Assembly (NCBI GenBank): GCA_964016885.1
Contig: OZ024740.1
Location: forward strand, 50,778,001-50,842,000
Length of the DNA stretch: 64,000 nt
Origin: Eledone cirrhosa
Lineage: Eukaryota
Reading direction: 5' to 3'
Below, one piece after another: positions 24,968 to 36,154 of the stretch. The translations under genes and the position numbers were made by a program. Under the pieces are notes generated by a model. The model had not been told where the DNA came from. It made no database searches and saw only the letters and a program-made list of their open reading frames with translations. Every line of letters begins with the position of its first letter. The stretch's first letter is position 1.

Positions 24968-26272
24968 ATAATAATAAAAATGAAATTATTGTGTAAAGTG
25001 CTCAGGTGCACTACAACTCGTCAAAGGTGTATGTATAGCACATAGAATAATACACAAATGTCAGGGAGGTGAATAGTGTATGAGTCATGGTATACATGTG
25101 TGTATGTGTATGGAGGGGGAACATTAGCTGTAGTGTTGGCGGATCTCAGGAAGCATGGAGGCCTTAAAGGATGCAGTGTCTCGACAGCTAACAACTGATG
25201 CAGGTAGCTTGTTCCATGCTTCAGCAACTCTGAGCGTGAAAAAATGTTTCCGAAAGTCATGCGAACTGTGCTGTTTTCTTACTTTGTGGGCATGTCCACA
25301 TGTGTTAGACACATCATCATTATCATCATCATTTCATTTTACGTCCGCTTTTCCCTGCTTGCAAGGGTGGGACGGGAACTGATTCTGGCTTGATTTCTAC
25401 AGCTAGATGCCCTTCCTAACACCAACCTCATTTACAGTGAGGGCTGGGTGCTTTTTTGCCGTGGCACCTCCACGACCACTTTACAGGGGTCCCTATCATC
25501 TCATTTCTACAGCTGAGTAAACTGGAGCAAAGTGAAATAAAGTGTCTTGCTCAAGGAAACAACACATCACCCGGTCTGAGAATTGAACTCACAACCTTTC
25601 GATTACAAGGCCAATGCTCTAACCACTAAGCCATGTGCCTCCATTGGAAATCATGGAAATCAAAAAGGTACTCAGGGTTGTTGTTGGCAAGATGGTTAAC
25701 AATTTTGTGGGTGTTTACCAAGTCAGCTGCCAGGCGTCGGAGCTTCAATGTATCTATGCCCAGAGAAGCAAGGCGCTCAGAGTATGGTAGATGCCTGATG
25801 GAGCGTATTCGCTTGGTTGCACGTCTCTGAACAGTTTCTAGGTGGTCAATGTTCTGAGCAAGATAGGGGTTCCAGACTGGTGATGCAAATTCTAAGTGTG
25901 GCCGCACCATAGCCATGTACAGCCTTAAATAGATATCTGGAGAGCGGCTGACAAAGGTCTTGCTGAGTGATGCTAAGACACCCTCGGCCTTCTTGACAAT
26001 TTTAGAAACGTGCTTCGTCCAATGCAAATTGCTGCTGACCGTAATGCCCAGGTCACATTCACAAGAAGACTTCTTGATATTAGTGCTGTGGAGGGAGTAT
26101 GTGGACGCTGGGTTTTTACTACCACAATGCATGGTGGTGCACTTGTCCACAGCTAGCTTGAGTTGCCAGTCTGAGATCCATTGTTGTATTGTGTCCAGGT
26201 CAGACTGCAAGCAAGATCTATAGTGTTCAGGATCTGTCCATTTTATCTCAAGGTACAGCTTGTATGTCTCAT
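24968..26272 (-). mobile_element. CR1-clade LINE 3' portion
   Basis: WQLKLAVDKC, DLGITVS, VRPHLEFASPVWNP, LETVQRRATK, RKHFFTLRVAEAWNKLP. Confidence 0.92.
25313..25641 (-). mobile_element. tRNA-SINE inserted in CR1
   Basis: Full copy of the 5351 family. Confidence 0.9.
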
Positions 26273-27433
26273 TCCATCTGTTGCTTACTGAGATATCACT
26301 AACGACTAACCTATGCTGTGGGGTACATTCTTCCCCAGGGTATGCCTTGGTATTAGACACTATCTGCCTGTCCCGCTGCCTAACTAGTAATAAGTCAATC
26401 TGGCTTATGTGCTCACCTAATTTGTAGGTTATTAGGTGATTGGCAGGTTTCTGGAAGTTTGTGTTGCAAATAGTCAGTGTACTTGCATCACAAAATTCAA
26501 GAAGTCTCACTCCTTCATTTGTTGAGCCGTAACCGTGCCCACCATGTACCCCAGTGTAACCATCCTGGAGCTGTCCAACATGACCATTGAAGTCCCCTGC
26601 TAGCATAACGATGTCTCTGTCCTCCGTCATTGCGGTTGTTTGTAAAAGTTGCTCGTAAAAGCAGTCTTTCTCATCTTTGCCTAGGCCTGCTTGGGGAGCA
26701 TAGGCAGAAATGATTGTCAGTAGTCTCCTGCCTACAACTAATCTAAGCTTAATTATTCGATTACTAACTCGAACTACCTCTATTGTCTTATTGATCCATC
26801 TCTCAGCAGGAAAATGCCCACTCCTCCTAACCCATCATCCTTACCTACCTAGAAAAGCTTATAGCTAAGACGTTTGCCTACGACTAGTCTCGCAGAGGCA
26901 CCTCTCCATCTCACCTCTTGCACGCAGCACACATCCACCTGCCTTCTCTCCAGCATCTCCACTATTTCAGCAGATCTACCTCCGAGAGTGCCAACATTAA
27001 GTGTTGCAACTCTGAGGTGCGACGTCTTCATATTTTGTTGTTGTTCCTATCTATTTGTTGCTGTGCTGCCAAGCGCTTTGGCATTGATACACTGGTTGGA
27101 TGCCCTTCCTAACACCAGTGCCACTTTACAGCATGGACTGGGTGCTTTTATTTGTGCCACCAACACTAGAGAGGATGTCTTACTAGACTCCAGGGCCCTC
27201 TCTACCCCCCTATTTTACAGCATGGTCATAAAAAAAAAAACCCACTTATTGACACGACACGCACATACACACACACACACTCACACACCAACACTCATGC
27301 ATACAAACTACAAACACACACGCCACTCACACACCAACACTCCTGCATACAAACACACACACCACTCACATACACGCATATATATATATATATTAAATCC
27401 TTCCCCCATGAAGAATGCACCTCCCAACATAGA

Positions 27434-29611
27434 CTCATAATTAGCGACCTCATAGTCAGCACGAGACGTACTCGACAACAGAAGAGGACTATCCTCAGGA
27501 GAAAAATATGGAAGCTAAAGGACCCCACAGCCAGTAATAAATTTAAAAGCATATTATTTGATGCTTTTGATAGTAAGGAAGAGCAATTAGAGTCGTACAA
27601 TATAGAGGAACAGTGGGAATTCCTGAAAGCTAACCTGCTGAAGGCGACAGATGAAATCTGTGGCTGGAGCAGACCTATAGGCAGAAGGAGAGCAACTTGG
27701 TGGTGGAACAGTAAGGTGGAGGGGTCAATCAAGGCCAAAAAGCAGGCTTGGAAAGCATGGCGGGATGGGGGAAGTAGAGGAAAGAAAGTTCAAGCATGTT
27801 CTACAACGCAAGGACCAAAAACGTGAGGTGTTCAGGATTGCTAGGCAATGTGTCAAGGAAAACCGTGATGTTGTCGGGGAGAAGTGTGTCCTTAATGATG
27901 ATGGTGTACTTGCCATCACTGACACTGATAAGAAGGTAGCTTGGAAGTGTCACTACGAAAGGCTACTAAATGAGGAGAATAAATGGGAGAAAGACAGTCT
28001 CCCCCACATCGACTCAATAGAGGAACCAGCAGTGTTAGTCGAAGGTAGTATAATAAGTAAGGCGATCAAAGACATGAAGACAGGCAAGGCGGCTGGGCCT
28101 TCGGAAATAGTTGCTGAAATGCTGAAAGCATCTGGAACGGTGGGACACACTATGGTCACCTGGATAGTAAACCAAGTCATACAGAATGGGGTCGTTCTGA
28201 AGGACTGGCGTAGCAGCATCATCATTAACTGCTACAAGGGTAAAGGAGATGCCCTAGATAGGGGAAACTATAGGGGCATTAAATTAATTGACCAGATCAT
28301 GAAGGTCACAGAAAAAGTAGTAGTGCAACTAATCAGAGAGCGAATTGATCTAGATGAAATGCAGTTCGGGTTTGTGTCAGGTAAAAGTACAACAGACACT
28401 CTTTTTATTGTACAACAACTACAGGAGAAGTACCTAGCTAAAAGTAAACCCCTATACTTAGCTTTTGTTGACTTGGAGAAAGCCTTTGACAGAGTACCCC
28501 GCTCGATTATCTGGTGGGCCCTTAGAAAACTAGGTGTTGATGAATGGCTTGTGAGAGCTATACAAGCCATGTATAAAGAAACAGTCAGCAAGGTTAGAAT
28601 TAACAACGAATATAGTGAAGAGTTTAGCGTAAAAGTTGGTGTTCATCAGGGCTCCGTCCTTAGCCCCCTACTATTTATTATTGCCCTTCAGGCTATAACA
28701 GAGGAGTTCAAGACCGGCTGCCCATGGGAACTTCTATACGCAGATGATCTAACGCTCATAGCTGAATCAATGGCTGAACTAGAGAAGAAATTCCAAACAT
28801 GGAAGCATGGCCTAGAATCAAAAGGCCTTAAAAGTAACCTTTCTAAGACTAAAGTTCTAGTTTGTAGGAAGGAAAATAGGGCATTGGTCCCATCTGGGAA
28901 ATGGGCATGCTCAGTGTGTAGGAAAGGAGTAGGCAGAAACTCCATTTTATGTCCCAAATGCAAAGTATGGGTGCATAAAAGATGTAGTGGGATCACAGGT
29001 AAGCTAACTAAGAATATAGATTTTATATGTGGCCGGTGCTCAGGTGCAATAAGTAGCAGCAAGTGCCCATAGAATACTAGCTCATTCCATTGCACAGATG
29101 GTTCTATAGAAATAGTGGACACCTTCCGTTACCTGGGTGACAAAATCATTAGTGGGGGAGGGTGCTCTGAAAGTACAGTAGCTAGAGTCAGAACGGGATG
29201 GAAAAAGTTCAGAGAGCTTATACCACTATTGGCCGCTAAAGTGTTGTCTCGAAACCTACAACCAGTAGGCACCGCTTACAAAAATACACCCCATCCACAC
29301 CACCTCTTTCGATGTAAAGTTATGTTGGTACCACAACATCCAGTCCGAAACAAATGAGGTCGTGTAGGTGTCACGAAAAAAAACACACAGTCCACGCTGT
29401 AATGTGGCCGTGTAGGTAACACGGTAAAAACCTCCCAGTCCACACTGTAAACCTGGTTGGTGTTAGGAAGGGCATCCAGCCGTAGAAAACCTGCCAGACA
29501 GTCCTATACGAGCAAGACAACCAATCTTGCCTCAAGTGGGAAAATTCCCGTCCAAACCCATGCAAGCATGGAAGATGGACGTTAAACGATGATGATGATG
29601 ATGATGATGAT
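27434..29611 (+). mobile_element. RTE LINE, 5'-truncated with internal deletions
   Basis: 435-aa RT ORF 27765-29072, closely similar to the 20381 ORF; tail present. Confidence 0.93.
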
Positions 29612-29843
29612 TACCGGCAGTACGGATACAAAATCAAAATCATGTCAACTGTTGACTTTTCCCAGTCCAGTTCAATTTTTATATAATAATAATAATAATA
29701 ATTGTTTGCTTTACGCTGGTGATGGTGGTGGTGGTGAATGGTGGTGGTGATGGTGGTGGATGTGTCAGTGATGGTGTCAGTATATATATATATATATATA
29801 TATATCAGTATATGTGTCAGTATATATATATATATATAGTCTT

Positions 29844-29881
<38 letters not shown>

Positions 29882-30098
29882 TATATGTGTCAGTATATAT
29901 ATATATATATATAGTCTTCACATATATATATATATATATATATATATCAGGGGTGAAGGGTCCGAGCATGCAACGCATGCAGTGCATGCATTATAGAATC
30001 TTGAGTTGATCAATTGCGCCGGTTGAAGCAAGCAGAATTTTGGCTGCTTACTAAAACACATATACACATATATGATATATATTGATATATATGATATA

Positions 30099-30387
30099 TC
30101 ATCATCTTACGTCCGCTTTTCCCTGCTTGCAAGGGTGGAACTGATTCTGGCTTGATTTCTACAGCTGGATGCTTTTCCTAACACCAACCGCATTTACAGT
30201 GAGTGCTGGGTGCTTTTTTGCCGTGGACCCCAGTCCCTATCATCTCATTTCTACAGCTGAGTAAACTGGAGCAATGTGAAATAAAGTGTCTTGCTCAAGT
30301 AAACAACACATCACCCAGTCTGAGAATTGAACTCACAACCTTTCAATTGCAAGGCCAATGCTCTAACTACTAAGCCATGTGTCTCCA
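30099..30387 (-). mobile_element. tRNA-SINE
   Basis: 5351 family with small deletions. Confidence 0.85.
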
Positions 30388-30469
30388 TATATATGTATTG
30401 ATATATATTGATATATATTGATATATATATTAATATATATGATATATATTGATATTTAGGTATATATCA

Positions 30470-31400
30470 TCATATTCACCATTTTAATGTCTGCTTTCCC
30501 TGCTAGCAAGGGTTGTACAGGTCTACATAGACCAAGTCAGAACTGAAGCGGTGACTATTGATCTCTTAGATAAGTCAGGGATCTGCATCTTGTTTATGTA
30601 TGGTCTCACATTCTACTGCGTGCACAGGGGAGGTTGTCATGTCTTTGACACAACTGAGGGTCTTCTCAACCCTTTGACTCTAACTTTTCTATGGCTAGAT
30701 ACCCTTCCTATCACCAACTACTTTACAGTTTGTACTGAGTGTGTTTATCATGTAGATCGCCAATACTAGGGGGCTTGTCATACTTTGACATGACTGAAGT
30801 GTCTTCATGACCCTTTTTTTGGCAAGTTTTCTATGGATGGGTGCCCTTCCTATCACCAACCATTTTACAAGGGGCAGCAGCTAGGAATATGTGTGTGTGT
30901 GTGGGGGGGGGGGGGGGGCATGGGATGTGTGCAGACAGGAGATGTAGTGGTGTTGATGATAGCTGTTAGTGAGTGGTGGTGTAAGGGCAGAAGGTCAGGT
31001 CACATTGTATGTTGAAGGTCAGGTCTTCTTCAGCACTGCATATCGCCAGCTCTTGTAGTCTTTAGTCATTTATGTTGTGGGGTTAAGTTTTTTTAAGGCC
31101 AGTCTTCACAACCTCCTCACATGTTGTCCTAGGTCTGCACTTCAAATTCATCCCAGTACACATTGCCAACTCTCACTCTTCTGGTTGCTCCTCTATATAT
31201 GGCCTGCATGGCCCTCACAAGCCATTAGTCTACACCTAGCTTCCTAAGTACCCACCAGATTATAGAGCATGGGACCCTGTCAAAGGCCTTCTCCAGATCC
31301 ACAAAAGCTAGATACAGTGGCTTACTCTTAGCTAAGTACTACTCCGGTAGTTGTCTCACCAGAAAGAGGGCTTCGGTAGCACCCCTACCTTGCATAAATC
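30470..31400 (-). mobile_element. Decayed RTE fragments and 3'UTR
   Basis: YLAFVDLEKAFDRVP remnant at about 31270-31340; RTE-type tail at about 30480. Confidence 0.7.
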
Positions 31401-31622
31401 CATCTCATCTCTCTCTCTCTCACTCTCTCTCTATCTTTTTATATCCCCTCCTCTCTCTCCATCCATCCATCTATCTACTTATCTATCTGTCTATCTATCT
31501 ATCTATAAATATATATAACATTTTACACGTTTTTATTGTATGTAAACTTCCCCCTTTGTATTTGTCCCCTTCTTTTGTGTCCCTGTGGCTAATAAAGAAA
31601 CATATCTATAAATATATATATA

Positions 31623-31685
31623 TTTATGAAACAGCTTGCTGAACACATAAGCCGAAACCATTTGTTGCCATGGTTGGGATTTTAC
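31623..31685 (+). ncRNA. Degenerate hammerhead motif (same family as 15686)
   Basis: gcttg..taagc-cGAAAccat..atgGTT-gggat. Confidence 0.45.
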
Positions 31686-31780
31686 ATATCTCTATTTATA
31701 TATACACACACACAAATATGTGTGTGTGTATATATATATATATATTTAAAAGAATAGAGGTGTAACACACAAGTTATGAT

Positions 31781-32151
31781 ATATTGGTAAACGGAATAGA
31801 AAATGCTGACAAATTGTTCACAGTGAAAAATAGTTTAATTAGGAATAAGTGAGAATTAGTAATTGTATTGGTTAGTATTCAGTTTTGGTTTTAAGTTTTA
31901 CCGGTTGCGCATTTCTAATGCTTTTCAAAAATAATTTTGAGATAGAGCGTCCGTGATGTTTGATCAGAGCAAACATCATGGACGCTCTATCTCAAAATTA
32001 TTTTTGAAAAGCATTAGAAATGCGCAACCGGTAAAACTTAAAACCAAAACTGAATATTAACCAATACTATTACTAATTATCACTTATTCCTAATTAAACT
32101 ATTTTTCACTGTGAACAATTTGTCAGCATTTTCTATTCCGTTTACCAATAT
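31781..32151. repeat. Near-perfect palindrome (about 182 bp arms) ending at (TA)n, with variant hammerhead-like motifs in both arms
   Basis: I counted four mismatches between the arms; centre at 31966. Confidence 0.9.
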
Positions 32152-32174
32152 ATATATATGTATATATATATATA

Positions 32175-32510
32175 GATAATTTTCTTTTTATTTGCCACCA
32201 GGGCATCAAAAAGTGGGACAAGTACAATGGGAGGAGTTTACATAACAAGGCGTCCTCAATAAGGAGGAGGCAATAACAAAATATAAAAATAAAATAAAAT
32301 ATAACAAGATAAAATTTATAACAAAATCCTCAATAGAGAGGAGGCGCCTTGAGGGGTCGCACACACCCCCCCAAAAAAGTGTGCAACCCTTCTCCTCAGG
32401 AGCACAGAGAGGGGGTACTCCCTTGGTCTTTCATCTTCCTCACCTATAGTCTGATGTAGAGTGAAGGCCCATTCACACGGGCCATTCTCGCCACTTTCAC
32501 CCATCTTTCA
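32175..32510 (-). mobile_element. Tx1 3' fragment
   Basis: WVKVARMARVNGPSLYIRL* matches the ORF2 C-terminus at about 62490-62550; AATAAA then a TA-rich tail. Confidence 0.75.
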
Positions 32511-32783
32511 TAAAAACGGCTGGGGTGCAGCACCTCTCTCTCCATCCTGATCCTTCTTCCGAAATAATATCGGAAGAAACGGACCAGTTGTTGGCTATCT
32601 ATATATATATATATAGATAGATAGATAAATATGCACGGGTGTGTATGATTGTGTATAGAAGATTATATTAATAAGAGGGATTTCAACTTTGTCTGATTTA
32701 CTCGTTTTATTTACAATCCTTTAACATTTATAATGGTATTATAATGAAATAGTATGATAGAATATTAAATGCTAAGTGTTAAT

Positions 32784-32822
32784 TGAACAAGTACTTTCAT
32801 GCTTTCGCAATCTTCAGGTTCA
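32784..32822 (-). ncRNA. Minimal type I hammerhead ribozyme (antisense twin)
   Basis: Exact reverse complement of 32896-32934. Confidence 0.78.
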
Positions 32823-32895
32823 TAATGTGTGGTGACAGTCAAGTTTGCAATTTTCAACAGTTGAAAATTGCAAACTTGACTGTCACCACACATTA

Positions 32896-32934
32896 TGAAC
32901 CTGAAGATTGCGAAAGCATGAAAGTACTTGTTCA
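32896..32934 (+). ncRNA. Minimal type I hammerhead ribozyme
   Basis: tgaac-CTGAAGA-ttgc gaaa gcat-GAAA-gtac-TT-gttca: stem I 5 bp, GNRA-capped stem II, palindromic stem III AGUACU, CUU cleavage triplet. Confidence 0.78.
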
Positions 32935-33049
32935 ATTAACACTTAGCATTTAATATTCTATCATACTATTTCATTATAATACTATTATAAATTTTAAAGG
33001 ATTGAAAATAAAACGAGTAAATCAGACAAAGTTGGAATTCCTCTTATTA

Positions 33050-33081
<32 letters not shown>

Positions 33082-33130
33082 AAAAAGAGAGAGGGGGGAG
33101 ATGAGAATAGATGACTAAATTTATGAGTGA

Positions 33131-33425
33131 AGGGGCGTGGCTTAGTGGTTAAAGCATTGTGTTCACAATCATGAGAATGTAAGTTTTTTCCTTGAGCAAG
33201 ACACTTTTTTTCATGTTGCTCCAGTTCACTCAGCTGGAAAAAATGTGTTGCGACATCACTGGTGTAAAGCTGTCTTTATCATTTTGTTGGACAACACTGG
33301 TGGCATGGAGAGGGGAGACTTGTATGCATAACTGACTGCTGGTCTTCCACAAAAACATCATTCCTGGGCTTGTACCAAGGAGGGGAACCTTCTAGGTGCA
33401 AACTGATGGTCATTCATGACCAAAG
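33131..33425 (+). mobile_element. Older tRNA-SINE with the same core and a different 3' part
   Basis: gcgtggcttagtggttaaagc..ccttgagcaagacac..ccagttcactcagctg. Confidence 0.7.
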
Positions 33426-33964
33426 GCTACCTACAGATAAATGGAAGAGAGAGACATTGAGAAACATTTTGAAGTTCAGACAAACATATTTGACAAGTGC
33501 TGTAAGGAAAGAAGTAAGCTTTGAACAGGGGAAGATTATGAACCAGTTTTGATTCCCAGTTGAAGCAAATTCCTTTTATTTCATTTATACCTCTTAATGT
33601 CTTTCAGAAAGCCATAATGTCACACTTTTTCATCCTTTTACTCTATATATTTCTGAGCTTCAGGCTAAGTATAAAATTAATAGGTGTACATGCATTTAAG
33701 ATATTGAAGTCTTAATTTTTTTTTTTTTGGCTTTCAGGAAATAATGGTTTGACAATTTGATGTCATTCACACAGGTCTTTATTAACACTTTGTACTTTGT
33801 CCTATGTAAGTTGCACTTCTCTCAGCTCACCTCTAAATGTTCTACACCAGGTATTATTTAGTGTCTCAATCTTTTTCCTTCCAGTGGGTGTTCATATTAA
33901 TGGTGCCTTTGCAATCATGTCCTGGTCTTTTCTGAACATTAAGAACCATTTATCCAAACACAAA

Positions 33965-34320
33965 TACTAGGCTATTTGCATAGAGATATCAGGGCAACAA
34001 GAAGCTGTCCATCGATCCTACACTCCTGCAGAACCTTCCACAGTGGGTCCCGAGGAACACACTCATATGACTTTTCAGGGTCTACAAAACAAGAATATAC
34101 CTCCTGGCAGTACTCCTGTGATTTCTCAAAGACCTGCTGCAGTGTGAATATTTGGTTGGCTGTGCTGCCTCCGGGGTGAAAACCACACTGTTTGTCAGCT
34201 AGCTTGGACTTCACAATCTCCCTCCTCCTCTTTGCCAGACACTTAGCATAGACTTTACTGGGGAGGCTTAACAAGGAGATCCCTCTATAATTGGACCAAT
34301 CTCTCTTGTCTATCACCCCC
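33965..34320 (-). mobile_element. RTE (Expander/Rex3-like) RT fragment
   Basis: NYRGISLLSLPSKVYAK..QCGF..QIFTLQQ..CFVDPEKSY. Confidence 0.8.
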
Positions 34321-35250
34321 GATTGCCATTGCTTAGGTGCTTTACCAGAGATCTAGGACACCCGGCACACTTGTGTCTGAGAAAAGTACCAGATTGGTGA
34401 CTAGAAAGTATAAGACCGCCAAAAACAAAAACAAAAAAAAACAACAACAATAACAAATCAAAACAAAAAACCCACTGCAATATGGCTAGACACAACAAAG
34501 GCAGTCTTACTGCATTGTCCTTTGTGTGGGTTAGCACGGGATGCATTCAGGACACAATGCACCATCCTGTCTGGGAATCGAACTCATACCCTCATGATTG
34601 AGAGCTCAACACTCTAACCACTAAGCCATGCACCTTCATTATGAGCTAGAAACCCTTATTATCATGAGTTCAAGCACTATATAGTCGTATATAATATTGT
34701 CTTTTGCTCTTAAGTGAGATGCATTACTTAGTTTCTTCAGTTAACCTTGAAGTTGAATCTTTGATGTAAAGAAGGTCATATAACTCTAAATCTTTTGCTT
34801 GAATAATTTATGCAAATACTGTCAGTTTCAAAATCAACCAGTAAGTACTGGAATAATAATGAGTTTTTATAATAGTATAAGAGAATTGGGGGTGTAAAGT
34901 TGATTGAATCAATCCCAATTTCATTGAAGAAAGACACAAAAGTCACCAAATGGCATTTGAACTTAGAATATACACAAATGAAACTAAATACTTTAGAACA
35001 TTTAGTTGAAGTGCAATTATTTCTGCTCACCACGCTGTGACTACCTTCATGGGTTAGAATAAAAGGAATAAAAGCAATGAATAGTTAAATAAATAAATAA
35101 ATAAAAGATTAATTGTGTGAAACTAGAAGCTACATTGACCAAAGAACTATCTATATAGGGCATCAAAAAGTACTTTAATCAGACAAGAATGGATGATTTC
35201 AAACTCAAGCATAAAACCTACTTTTAAAATGTATATATTTATTTATCTAT

Positions 35251-35289
<39 letters not shown>

Positions 35290-35734
35290 TGTTATTATAT
35301 TGATGCAATATATAAGTATGTATTTATGGTTTCATTTAGGCACAAACATTCTAAGTCTAGATTTTATGTCCCTGGGGTTATTTGCTATAAAACTTTCAAT
35401 GAGACCCACATACCAGTTTACTGACAGATGGTTTGATTAATGTCTTACTATCAGATTCATATTTTACAATTTTATTGTCGTAACAGTCATAAACTTTAGT
35501 CCTTTTCTTTGAAAATGTTCAGTTAATACATCCCTTTAATTGTTTCTTATTAAAATTATGTGTTGTGAAGAGATAAGTCACATATGACCTGGGTCTCTGA
35601 CCTAGTTTTTGGAGCACAGAATTACTTCACAACTGCTACTGCTGTCTTTGGGAAGGGCATGAATATGACAATATTTCATCTCTCTCCATCGTACATGGCC
35701 ACAAGAAACATATATTCTTTATTCTCTCTCCCTT

Positions 35735-35815
<81 letters not shown>

Positions 35816-35817
<2 letters not shown>

Positions 35818-36147
35818 AGGCACATGGCTTAGTGGTTAGAGCATTGGGCTTGCAATCGAAAAGTTGTGAGTTCAATTCTCAGACCGGGTGATGTGTTGTT
35901 TCCTTGAGCAAAACACTTTATTTCACATTGCTCCAGTTTACTCAGCTGTAGAAATGAGATGATAGGACTGGGGTCCCTATCATTCCACTGCAAAGTGATC
36001 GTGGAGGTGCCATGGCAAAAAAGCACCCAGCACTCACTGTAAATGAGGTTGGCATCCAGCTGTAGAAATCAAGCCAGAATCAGTTCCTGTCCCACCCTTG
36101 CAGGCAGGGAAAAGCGGACGTAAAAAAAAAAATGATGTTGATGACGA
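35816..36147 (+). mobile_element. tRNA-SINE (short tail)
   Basis: 5351 family, following (CT)n(TA)n. Confidence 0.88.
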
Positions 36148-36154
36148 TATATAT

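Larger units (their letters stand above)
22980..27220 (-). mobile_element. Near full-length decayed RTE LINE interrupted by CR1 and a SINE
   Basis: MKTSHLRVATLNVGTL (ATG 27031), GDFNGHVG, RT and PHD fragments; the ORF runs into the (GAT)n tail. Confidence 0.92.
32664..33054. repeat. Near-perfect palindrome (195 bp arms, 1-nt centre at 32859) ending at (TA)n
   Basis: I counted five mismatches, all in the outer ~75 bp. Confidence 0.92.

Noticed and set aside
34730-35033. 85-aa ORF and nearby splice-like motifs as a possible host exon
   Set aside because: No recognisable domain and no consistent open frame between an acceptor and a donor.
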